From Candidatus Woesebacteria bacterium (lineage in GTDB: Bacteria; Patescibacteriota; Microgenomatia; UBA8517), in assembly GCA_013426185.1 (NCBI GenBank), contig CP058602.1:628549-692548 (forward strand): a DNA stretch of 64,000 nt, written 5' to 3'. The position numbers were made by a program, and so were the translations under genes. The notes under the pieces are model-generated. The model was not told the origin of the DNA, did no database searches, and saw only the letters and a program-made list of their open reading frames with translations. Shown piece by piece: positions 1 through 8,709 of the stretch. Each line of letters begins with the position of its first letter. Positions within the stretch are counted from its first letter, which is position 1.

Positions 1-2
1 TA

Positions 3-1496
3 AAGATCAAACCAGAAGATTTTGAATTAAAATACGATTTTGAAGAAACTGCTAAAACTGCTTATTTTAAGAAAGAAGAAAAACCGCTCGAGAATTTAAA
101 AAGTATTTATCAAAAGACTCTTGTTACTCCAATTTTTAACTATGATAAAGAAAAATTAGAAAAAATAATTGAAGAAATTGCTATCAAAACTGAAGAAAAA
201 GGACAAAAACCTCAAGCAACATTAGAAAACGGCAAGATTAAAATCATAAACGGCAGCGTTGGTGTAATCATAAAAAAGGAAGATTTAGAAAACCAAATAA
301 AAGAAAAGATAAAAAACTTTGATTTATCACCGATAACTTTAAAGACAGTTTCCGATGACTATGTTTTAGACGATATTGATTTGAAAAAATATGAGGAGAG
401 AGTAAATAAGTTACTCAATAAAAAAATAGTTGTTTCATTTGAAAATTTTCAACAAGAAATTCCAGATAAAGAAATTATCGGCTTAACCGACTATTTTGAT
501 GGATATCAAAAAGATAAAGTTAAAGAACTGTCAAGTGTAATATCAACCAAGATCGAAAGGCCTCCACAAAATCCGATATTTAATTTTGAGAATGGCGTTG
601 TTAAAGAATTTAAACCAGCAGAAGATGGAATAGTTCTAAATCAGGAAGATTTTACTGCTAATTTAATATCTTCTTTTGAAATCCTGGAAAATAGCGACCA
701 GAAGACAATTACCATTACTCCCCCTGTCAAAAGAACACCACCTGACTATAAAACCGAAGATGTCAATTCTTTGGGAATTAAAGAGCTTGTTGGCTTGGGC
801 AAGTCAAAATTTGTAGGGTCAATACCCTCAAGAATACACAACATAAAACTTGCGGCATCAAAATTTAACGGCATATTGGTTAAACCAGAAGAAATTTTAT
901 CTTTTAATCAAATTCTAGGCGAGGTGTCAAAAGAAACAGGATACCAACAAGCTTATATTATCAAAGAAGGACAAACAGTTTTGGGAGATGGTGGAGGGGT
1001 ATGTCAGGTCTCAACCACTCTATTTAGAGCAGTTCTTAACGCAGGACTTCCTATTGTTGAAAGACAAGCCCATGCCTATCGTGTCAGCTACTATGAGCAA
1101 GATTCTCCTCCTGGATTTGACGCTACGGTTTTTTCTCCTTCGCCAGATTTTAAATTTAAAAACGACACGCCGGGCCATTTATTAATCCAAACAAAATTTG
1201 ACGGAAATAATAAAACCTTAGTCTTTGAAATCTATGGCACTAAGGACAATAGAGAGGTTTATATTTCAAAGCCAGTAATTACAGGCATTACCCCACCCCC
1301 TGAAGATCTCTACATTGATGACCCAAGTCTTCCAAGCGGCAAAATCAAACAAATTGACTGGAAAGCCTGGGGGGCAAAAGTCTGGTTTGACTACAAAGTC
1401 ACCAAAGAAGGTCAAGAAATTTTTAGCAAGAGATTTTATTCAAACTACAGACCTTGGCAGGCCAAGTTTTTAAGAGGGATAGGACCAGCACAGTAA
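3..1496 (+). CDS. VanW domain-containing protein (5' partial, continues upstream of window)
   Basis: Frame is open from position 3 with no stop. Conserved VanW core motif GGGVCQVSTTLFRAVLNAGLPIVERQAHAYRVSYY. Confidence 0.7.
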   Translation, partial: KIKPEDFELKYDFEETAKTAYFKKEEKPLENLKSIYQKTLVTPIFNYDKEKLEKIIEEIAIKTEEKGQKPQATLENGKIKIINGSVGVIIKKEDLENQIKEKIKNFDLSPITLKTVSDDYVLDDIDLKKYEERVNKLLNKKIVVSFENFQQEIPDKEIIGLTDYFDGYQKDKVKELSSVISTKIERPPQNPIFNFENGVVKEFKPAEDGIVLNQEDFTANLISSFEILENSDQKTITITPPVKRTPPDYKTEDVNSLGIKELVGLGKSKFVGSIPSRIHNIKLAASKFNGILVKPEEILSFNQILGEVSKETGYQQAYIIKEGQTVLGDGGGVCQVSTTLFRAVLNAGLPIVERQAHAYRVSYYEQDSPPGFDATVFSPSPDFKFKNDTPGHLLIQTKFDGNNKTLVFEIYGTKDNREVYISKPVITGITPPPEDLYIDDPSLPSGKIKQIDWKAWGAKVWFDYKVTKEGQEIFSKRFYSNYRPWQAKFLRGIGPAQ

Positions 1497-1538
1497 TTTT
1501 TTGAGTTAAAACAATAGTTCAGATATAATTCCACAAAT

Positions 1539-2156
1539 ATGGACACTTTGGTTATTATCGCTAAAATTGAAAGATTGTTTGATCAATTTGGTTATCTTAT
1601 TGTCTTTTTTTCAAGCTTAATTGAAATCACTCCCTTTGGGTGGATAATTCCAGGCGGACTTGTCTTGGCAACCGCCGGCTTCTTTACCTACAATAAAGCT
1701 TACGCTCTTGCCAAAATCTTAGTAAGCGGCTGGTTGGGAGCCTGGTTTTCGCTTGTTGGGGCATACATACTAGGAAAAAGAACAGGAATGTGGTTGGTTA
1801 AAAAATTAAAACAAGAAAAAAACGCACAAAGAGCAAAAAGAATGCTTGATAAAAACGGACCAATAATTTTAACTTCATCAATGCTTGCAAATTTAACACG
1901 ATTCTGGTCGGCTTATGTTGCTGGGGTTGAGAAATACTCATTCTTGCGTTTCCTTATTTACTCGGGTGCGGCTTCATTCACATGGGTTGCTCTAATGGTT
2001 TTTATTGGGTTTTTGGGAGGCAGCGAAAGAGGACAAATAGAAAACCTCTTAAGAAAAACCGGGGCCATGTCATGGATAATTCTGGGAATAGTTGGCATTA
2101 TCATCTTTCTTTCAATCAAATCCGACAAGAAAGAAAATGAAAATAATTCAAATTGA
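1539..2156 (+). CDS. DedA/SNARE-associated family membrane protein
   Basis: Multiple predicted TM helices. N-terminal pattern resembles DedA family (…ITPFGWIIPGGLVLATAGFF…). Confidence 0.55.
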   Translation: MDTLVIIAKIERLFDQFGYLIVFFSSLIEITPFGWIIPGGLVLATAGFFTYNKAYALAKILVSGWLGAWFSLVGAYILGKRTGMWLVKKLKQEKNAQRAKRMLDKNGPIILTSSMLANLTRFWSAYVAGVEKYSFLRFLIYSGAASFTWVALMVFIGFLGGSERGQIENLLRKTGAMSWIILGIVGIIIFLSIKSDKKENENNSN

Positions 2157-3195
2157 AAAAGTAAATATAGATAAAATCTGCGACGTCCTAAAAAAGGGTG
2201 GTCTTGTTATTATGCCAACCGAAACTGTTTATGGCGCTTTTGTTGACGCAACGAACCCCAAAGCGGTAGAAAAGCTCAATCAATATAAAAAAAGGCCTTT
2301 TGGCAAGCCTTATTCGGTTGCAGTCTCGGATCAAAAGATGGCAGAAAGATATGTTTTTCTTAACGAAACTGCCAAGAATCTTTATCAAAATTTTCTGCCT
2401 GGTCCACTAACCATTATTTCAAAAGGCAAAGGTAAAGCAGCAAAAGGAGTTGAATCAGAAACAGGAACTTTAGGAATTAGGATCCCAGATTACAAATTAG
2501 TAATAGAGGTCATCAAAAAATACGGCAAGCCACTTACTGCCACATCCGCCAACCAAAGTTACAAGAAAACGCCTTATAGAGTAAGTGACATTCTAGAGAA
2601 TATAAGCGAAAAACAAAAAGGGTTGATTGATATTATCATCGACGCCGGAACTCTGCCCCCCAACAAGCCATCAACTGTAATTGATACAACAGGAGATGAC
2701 GCTTTGATCTTAAGAAAAGGAGACGTTGAAATTAAAGACAAAAAAGAATTCCTTTCAAAAAGCGAGAAAGAAACAGAAGAACTGACAAAAGAAATCTGGT
2801 TAAAATTTAAAAAATTCAAAGGGCAAAGAGCGATTATCTTTGCTTTGGAAGGAGAAATGGGAGCAGGAAAAACAATATTTACCAAAGGTTTAGCAAAAGC
2901 TTTGGGGGTAAAAGAGGAAATTGTCTCTCCAACTTATGACCTATTAATTGAATATCAAACCCAAGAAAAGGTCTCTCTGGTTCACATCGACACTTGGCGG
3001 ATGATAGAGCCAAGCGAAATAGAAGAAGTAAAACTCAAAGACAAAATTTCAGACCACTCGGTAATTGCCATTGAATGGGCAGATAAAGTTGAACAGATAA
3101 TACGTAAATACAACGAAGAAGCAATTGTAATTTGGGTTAAGATAGAATATGCCAACAAAGAAAATCAAAGAAAAATTTTCTGGGGCATACTATAA
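2137..3195 (+). CDS. Fused L-threonylcarbamoyladenylate synthase (TsaC/YrdC/Sua5 domain) and TsaE (P-loop ATPase) - t6A biosynthesis
   Basis: N-terminal YrdC-like region (MKIIQIEK…IMPTETVYGAFVDATNPKAVEKL). C-terminal TsaE/YjeE-like Walker A (ALEGEMGAGKTIFTKGLAKALG…SPTYDLL). ATG at 2137 preferred over the TTG at 2092 that overlaps the previous gene. Confidence 0.7.
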   Translation: MKIIQIEKVNIDKICDVLKKGGLVIMPTETVYGAFVDATNPKAVEKLNQYKKRPFGKPYSVAVSDQKMAERYVFLNETAKNLYQNFLPGPLTIISKGKGKAAKGVESETGTLGIRIPDYKLVIEVIKKYGKPLTATSANQSYKKTPYRVSDILENISEKQKGLIDIIIDAGTLPPNKPSTVIDTTGDDALILRKGDVEIKDKKEFLSKSEKETEELTKEIWLKFKKFKGQRAIIFALEGEMGAGKTIFTKGLAKALGVKEEIVSPTYDLLIEYQTQEKVSLVHIDTWRMIEPSEIEEVKLKDKISDHSVIAIEWADKVEQIIRKYNEEAIVIWVKIEYANKENQRKIFWGIL

Positions 3196-4269
3196 ATGAA
3201 AAATTATATTCTCTCAATTGACACATCTTGCGATGAAACTGCAGCCGCTATAACTCTTGATACCAAGGTTATCGCGAGCAAAGTCTGGTCCCAAGCTTCT
3301 CTTCATGCCAAGTTTGGTGGGGTCTACCCTTCCCTTGCCAAAAGAAAACATGAGGAAAGGATTGATTTTGTTATTAAGCAAACGCTTAAAAAAGCAAAAT
3401 TAGAAATAAAAGATATTTCAGCTATCGCCGTTACTGTAGGGCCAGGTCTTGCTCCCGCGCTTGAGGTTGGTATTCAAAAAGCAAAAGAATTGTCTCTTAC
3501 ATTTAAAAAACCACTTTTTGCTGTCAATCATGTTGAAGCACATCTTCTCTCACCCTTAATTGGAAAAAGCTTTGAGGAAATTAAACAATACTTTCCCGCT
3601 TTGGGATTAGTCGTCTCAGGGGGAAATACACAATTAATATTTACCAAAAAACCGGGAAAATATAAGATAATCGCTGAAACAATCGATGACGCTTTAGGTG
3701 AAGCACTTGACAAAGGAGCGCGTGCTCTGGGTTTGGGCTACCCCGGTGGGCCCGTTCTTGAAAAAATAGCTGAAGAATTCAAAGCCAATAAAAATCTCAA
3801 AAATCCCCTACCCCTTCCTTTTGCTGGGCAAGAAAAACTTAGGAAATTTAGTTATTCGGGCTTAAAAACTGCTCTTGTTAGACTAATTGAAAAAATAAAA
3901 AAAGAAAAAGGCAGGCTTAAAAAGGAAGATATCATAAGCCTTGCTTATTTTTACCAGGAAAGAGCTTTCAATCATATTGAAAGGATAGTTTTGTTTATTC
4001 TTAAAAACCAAAAAGAAAAACCAAAAAGCTTTCTTGTAGGTGGCGGGGTTGCCGCCAACAACAATCTTCGAAAAAAACTGCGCAAAATAGCAAAAAGCAA
4101 CAACTTAAAATTAATTTTTCCACCTCAAAAAAAATACTGCGGTGACAATGCAGCAATGATAGGGGTTGCTCTTGCGATTAATCTCAAAGAAAGAAGTGCT
4201 AAAAATGTAAATCCTCAAAAAATAGACAGAATACCAAGGCTTAAATTGACTGAAAGCAAAATATATTAA
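3196..4269 (+). CDS. tsaD: tRNA N6-adenosine threonylcarbamoyltransferase TsaD (Kae1/YgjD family)
   Basis: N-terminus MKNYILSIDTSCDETAAAI plus HxxH metal-binding region (VNHVEAHLL) and GGVAAN motif. Confidence 0.85.
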   Translation: MKNYILSIDTSCDETAAAITLDTKVIASKVWSQASLHAKFGGVYPSLAKRKHEERIDFVIKQTLKKAKLEIKDISAIAVTVGPGLAPALEVGIQKAKELSLTFKKPLFAVNHVEAHLLSPLIGKSFEEIKQYFPALGLVVSGGNTQLIFTKKPGKYKIIAETIDDALGEALDKGARALGLGYPGGPVLEKIAEEFKANKNLKNPLPLPFAGQEKLRKFSYSGLKTALVRLIEKIKKEKGRLKKEDIISLAYFYQERAFNHIERIVLFILKNQKEKPKSFLVGGGVAANNNLRKKLRKIAKSNNLKLIFPPQKKYCGDNAAMIGVALAINLKERSAKNVNPQKIDRIPRLKLTESKIY

Positions 4270-4300
4270 CTTTAAACCAAAAAGACGGTATAATTGCCGT

Positions 4301-6454
4301 ATGGACAAAGTCTGGGACCACAAAGCTTGGGAAGAAAAGATTTACAAATCTTGGGAAACCTCTGGTGTTTTTACCCCAAAACCCCAAAAAAATAAAAAAC
4401 AATTCTCCATTATTATGCCGCCGCCTAACGCCAATGCCGATCTTCATATAGGTCATGCGCGCTTTATTGCCATCCAAGATATCTTGGTACGCTATCACAG
4501 GATGAAAGGAGAAACAACACTCTGGCTGCCTGGCGCTGATCATGCTGGAATTGAAACACAGTTTGTTTTTGAGAAAAAACTCAAAGAAGAAGGAAAAAGC
4601 CGACTCGACTTTAAACAAGAAGAGCTTTACCAAATGATATGGGATTACGTTCAGAAAAATAAGGTGAATATGGAAAGTCAAATCAGGTCGCTTGGCGCCT
4701 CTTGCGACTGGTCAAGAGAAAAGTTTACTCTTGACCCCAAAATAGTAAAAATTGTCTATAAAACATTTAAAAAACTTTACGATGATGGCCTTGTTTACCG
4801 GGGTAATAGAATTGTTAACTTCTGCCCTCGCTGTGGAACAGCTTACTCTCAACTTGAAATAGACACCAAAGAACAAGAAGATGAACTTTACTACATCGAC
4901 TATGGAACTATTACCATCGCCACAACTCGTCCTGAAACTATATTTGCTGATGCTGCTGTTGCTGTTAATCCCAAAGACAAACGCTACCAAAATTTAGTCG
5001 GCAAAAAAGCTATTATTCCTATAATTGAAAAGGAAATCCCCATTATTGCCGATTCACTTGTAGATCCTGATTTTGGCACAGGTGCATTAAAGATAACTCC
5101 AGGCCATGATGCCACAGATTTTGAAATTGGACAAAAGCATAATCTTGAAACCATCCTTGTTATTAATTACGAAGGCAAGATGATCAACACCCCTGAAAAA
5201 TATATAGGGCTAAAAGCAGAAGTAGCTCGAGATCAAGTAGTTAGTGACTTGAAAGAAAAAGGTAAAATCAAAAAAATAGAAAAAATAAAACACATAATAG
5301 CCATTTGCTATAAAGATAAAGGGTTAATAGAACCTTTACCTTACGAACAATGGTTTATCAAAACCAAAAGTCTTGCTGAAATGGCGCTCAAAGCAATCAA
5401 GGAGAAAAAAGTTTCTTTTACAAGCAAAAAATATGAAAAAATAGCTATACATTGGCTTAAAAACTTAAAAGACTGGAATATTTCAAGACAGATCGTCTGG
5501 GGAATAAGAATTCCTGCTTGGTATTGCAACGATTGCCATAATTGGACTATCACAGATGGTAAAAAACCTGAAAAATGCTCTTTTTGCAAAAGCAAAAATA
5601 TTATTCAAGACAAAGATACTTTTGACACTTGGTTTTCCTCAGGTCAATGGCCATACGCAACTCTTTTGGCAAGTGGTAATATTGATAATCTTGAAACACC
5701 CCTTAATTCAAAATCAAAGGAATACTCCGACTTTAATTTCTTTTATCCAACATCTCTTATGGAAACAGGCTACGATATTATTCCCTTCTGGGTTATTAGG
5801 ATGATAATGCTTGGGCTTTATGCCACTGGTGAAGTGCCATTCAAAGAAGTCTTAATCCATGGTTTGGTAAGAGATAAACAAGGCCAGAAAATTTCAAAAT
5901 CAAAAGGCAATGTTATCAACCCACTTGAGATGTCAACCAAATATGGGACAGACGCCTTAAGAATGGCAATGGTTTGGGGAGCCAAAGTAGAAAATGATAT
6001 TTCTTTATCTGAAGAAAATATTAGAGGACAAAGAAACTTCGCTAATAAAGTGTGGAATATTGCCCGTTTTATAACTCTTGTCTCAGAAAACAAAAAATGG
6101 CCAAAAAACATACCAGACATAAAAAATAAAGACGACCTGCGGCTTTGGAAAAAACTAAATGAAACAATAAAGAAAACGACCAAATATCTAGATAATTACC
6201 AGCTAAATTTGGCTGCTGAAGAAATTTACCAATTCATCTGGCACACTTTGGCTGACATTTATATTGAAAAAATAAAAATTAGAGAAGGAGAAAAGACAAG
6301 AGTTAGAAAAGATGCTTTGCCTATTTTGCAAAAGTCGTTTGAGATTTCTCTTAGACTTCTCCACCCTTTTATGCCATTTATTACAGAAACCATCTGGCAA
6401 GAATTGAAAATTTCCAAACAAAAGATAATAATCTCCGAATGGCCAAAACTATAA
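4301..6454 (+). CDS. valS: Class I aminoacyl-tRNA synthetase, most likely valine-tRNA ligase (short form)
   Basis: HIGH motif in ValRS-like context (PPPNANADLHIGHA). KMSKS-type motif (KISKSKGN). Zn-finger-like Cys pairs. At 717 aa it lacks the C-terminal coiled coil. Confidence 0.65.
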   Translation: MDKVWDHKAWEEKIYKSWETSGVFTPKPQKNKKQFSIIMPPPNANADLHIGHARFIAIQDILVRYHRMKGETTLWLPGADHAGIETQFVFEKKLKEEGKSRLDFKQEELYQMIWDYVQKNKVNMESQIRSLGASCDWSREKFTLDPKIVKIVYKTFKKLYDDGLVYRGNRIVNFCPRCGTAYSQLEIDTKEQEDELYYIDYGTITIATTRPETIFADAAVAVNPKDKRYQNLVGKKAIIPIIEKEIPIIADSLVDPDFGTGALKITPGHDATDFEIGQKHNLETILVINYEGKMINTPEKYIGLKAEVARDQVVSDLKEKGKIKKIEKIKHIIAICYKDKGLIEPLPYEQWFIKTKSLAEMALKAIKEKKVSFTSKKYEKIAIHWLKNLKDWNISRQIVWGIRIPAWYCNDCHNWTITDGKKPEKCSFCKSKNIIQDKDTFDTWFSSGQWPYATLLASGNIDNLETPLNSKSKEYSDFNFFYPTSLMETGYDIIPFWVIRMIMLGLYATGEVPFKEVLIHGLVRDKQGQKISKSKGNVINPLEMSTKYGTDALRMAMVWGAKVENDISLSEENIRGQRNFANKVWNIARFITLVSENKKWPKNIPDIKNKDDLRLWKKLNETIKKTTKYLDNYQLNLAAEEIYQFIWHTLADIYIEKIKIREGEKTRVRKDALPILQKSFEISLRLLHPFMPFITETIWQELKISKQKIIISEWPKL

Positions 6455-7014
6455 GCTAGAATCTTTCGGCAGCCTTTCCTTATACTTGCTTGTGAGGATT
6501 GATCTAAGTCAAAAATTTAACTCAAAAATTAAAACTCAAAAGTTAAAAATATAATTCAAAACTTAAAAATCAAAAGTCAAAAATTAGATTACGGATTACA
6601 GAATACAGATTAGATAACAAAATTCCAAATTACAAATTACAAACTACAAACAAATTCCAAGCTCCAATAAACAAACAAATTACAAAAATTAAATTCTAAT
6701 TTCTAATTTCTAAATTCTAAACCCTGAACCAGAATAAATTCGATTCAGGGCAGGCAAATTCCAAATTACAAACAAATAAATTCCAACTTTTAACTTTTAA
6801 CTTTGAACTTTTAACTATTTATTAATTTTGCTTTCTACTTACTACGTTCTACTTTCTACTTGCATTCCTTGCATAATACATAATACAAAATACTAAATAC
6901 CAGCTTTTGACTGGCTCCGATGTCCGATGTCCGACATCCGACGGCCGATGTCTGATGTCCGACGTCTGATGTCCGAATTCTTTTAACTTTTAACTTTTAC
7001 TCTTTTACCCAATA
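6455..7014. repeat. Dispersed AT-rich repeat family, copy R1 (inverted relative to R2/R3); includes a 7-bp tandem tract (tccgatg-like x9, 6916..6978) and the hairpin ccctgaacc…gattcaggg
   Basis: Reverse complement of 6640..6900 matches 33800..34080 at most positions by eye. The hairpin at 6721..6749 is matched by 33962..33990. The heptad tract is matched in reverse complement at 52210..52260. Confidence 0.7.
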
Positions 7015-7989
7015 TTATTCTCCAACATTAAATTTGGCAGAAGGCGTAGAAGTAGGGGTGTTTGTTGAATTCAGAAATTCGAAGCTCGAGGTCAATCCAG
7101 GCACTAAATTCTCAAAACCAGCTTCTCCTCTTGAATAATCTAAAATAAGGACTTTTTTATTAGTATCTGGATCTTTAAAAACAAAAAACACCGGGCCTCC
7201 TTCAACTTTTGGATTGTAAGATATCAAATCACGAGAACCAATTTTTTCATCAACAAACGAATTTTTGATATCTGCATAAGTTATTACAGGATTAAATTTA
7301 CTCGCCTCTTCTACCAAGATCTCTATTAAATCTTCGGAGCTTAAGACAGGCAAGACTTTTAGTTCAAGCATGGTTTTATTATCTTCTCCTGCCAAGCTAA
7401 AAACTAACAAGTCGCTCTTATTGGTTGGTATTAGATCGGGAGGATATTTTACAATGAAAGAATCACCTCGATAACTAGCCCAATTAGTAGTTAATTTTTC
7501 AAAAGAAATGGGTGTGGGAACAATAACAGCTTCGTCAGACTGATTGGTCTGAAGGGATGGAGTAACAGCCTTCTTTAAATTCAACCTACCACTTTTCCAA
7601 CCACTAATTAAATAAAGACCTAGTCCGAGAACAGAGGTTGCAAACAGAAGTAATGCTAGGGTAAATATAATTTTCTGGTTTTTATCTCTATCTAAAGTAT
7701 TGTTATCTCCTGAAACGTTGGCTTGCTGAGAAACATAATTAACCGCAACAAATGACTCTCCAACTTTATTTTCGGATTGTAAATTTTCAACCGGAACAGG
7801 TGTTGGTTGCTGACCTTGCGGAGAAGCTGCGGTTGTTTTTACTTCAACTGGCTGAGTCGTTTGATTAGAGGAAACAAAAGGCTCATTTTGATTGTTTTCT
7901 TTACCAAGAGACTCAGGGATAGAATTATTTGCACCACCAGAAGAGCTTGCTAAATTCTGATTTTCATCCATATTTATATTAAAACACAA
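7015..7989 (-). CDS. Hypothetical membrane-anchored protein (N-terminal S/N/Q-rich low-complexity region, one TM, C-terminal ectodomain)
   Basis: 324-aa ORF. Hydrophobic segment IIFTLALLLFATSVLGLGLYLI. No recognisable catalytic motif. Confidence 0.5.
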   Translation of the reverse strand: MCFNINMDENQNLASSSGGANNSIPESLGKENNQNEPFVSSNQTTQPVEVKTTAASPQGQQPTPVPVENLQSENKVGESFVAVNYVSQQANVSGDNNTLDRDKNQKIIFTLALLLFATSVLGLGLYLISGWKSGRLNLKKAVTPSLQTNQSDEAVIVPTPISFEKLTTNWASYRGDSFIVKYPPDLIPTNKSDLLVFSLAGEDNKTMLELKVLPVLSSEDLIEILVEEASKFNPVITYADIKNSFVDEKIGSRDLISYNPKVEGGPVFFVFKDPDTNKKVLILDYSRGEAGFENLVPGLTSSFEFLNSTNTPTSTPSAKFNVGE

Positions 7990-8036
7990 AAATAAAACAA
8001 ATTACAAGCACTAATTTTTGGAGCTATTTTTAAAAA

Positions 8037-8708
8037 CTATGAATTATTGTTATTTTCTTCCTCCGCCTCAGAAGAATCTTCTTCTTTTTGAGGCTCGGCT
8101 TCTTCAGCCGCAGCTTCTTCAACAGGAGCAGCTTCTTGCACTATTTCCTCCTTAACAGGCTCTACCTTAACCACTACCTCATCAGGACTCGCCTTAACTT
8201 CTAACTTAAAAGTATCAAAAGCCAAATCCTTAACCAAGATTGCCTGATCTACCTCCTGAAGAGAAGATAAATCAACTTCCATTTTTTCTGGCAAGTCGGT
8301 TGGCAAAGCTTCTACCTCAATTTCATCAATATAAACAACCACTGTTCCCAACCCTTGTTTTTCAACTGGCGATTCACCAATTCCAACCACAGGTATTGAA
8401 GCCGTAACTTTTTCCTTAAGATCAACTTGAAGAAAATCAATATGAATTATATCTTCTGTTACAGGATCTTTTTGGATATTGTGAATTAAAACAGGTCTTT
8501 TTTCTTTCCCCAATTCCAAGTTGACTATTTGAGTTTCCCCTGCTTCTTTAAAAACCTTATCAAAATCTGATTTCTGAACACTCACTGCTTCAGACTTTAC
8601 TTTTCTTCCATAAATATTCGCAGGGATAAGCCCTTCTCGACGAAGCTTTTTTACCTTCTTACCCAAGACATCCCTTTTTTCTACTTTAAGTGATAGAGTA
8701 TTTTTCAT
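8037..8708 (-). CDS. rplY: 50S ribosomal protein L25 / general stress protein Ctc, with acidic C-terminal tail
   Basis: N-terminus MKNTLSLKVEKRDVLGKKVKKLRREGLIPANIYG typical of L25/Ctc. Confidence 0.8.
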   Translation of the reverse strand: MKNTLSLKVEKRDVLGKKVKKLRREGLIPANIYGRKVKSEAVSVQKSDFDKVFKEAGETQIVNLELGKEKRPVLIHNIQKDPVTEDIIHIDFLQVDLKEKVTASIPVVGIGESPVEKQGLGTVVVYIDEIEVEALPTDLPEKMEVDLSSLQEVDQAILVKDLAFDTFKLEVKASPDEVVVKVEPVKEEIVQEAAPVEEAAAEEAEPQKEEDSSEAEEENNNNS

Positions 8709-8709
8709 A

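Noticed and set aside
2092-2136. Track start (TTG) of the TsaC-TsaE ORF
   Set aside because: It overlaps the DedA gene by 65 nt. The in-frame ATG at 2137 gives a conventional N-terminus, MKIIQIEK.
6916-6978. Possible CRISPR array (regular short repeats)
   Set aside because: The units are 7 bp (tccgatg variants) with no spacers, which is a microsatellite-like tract inside repeat R1. No cas genes are present in the window.
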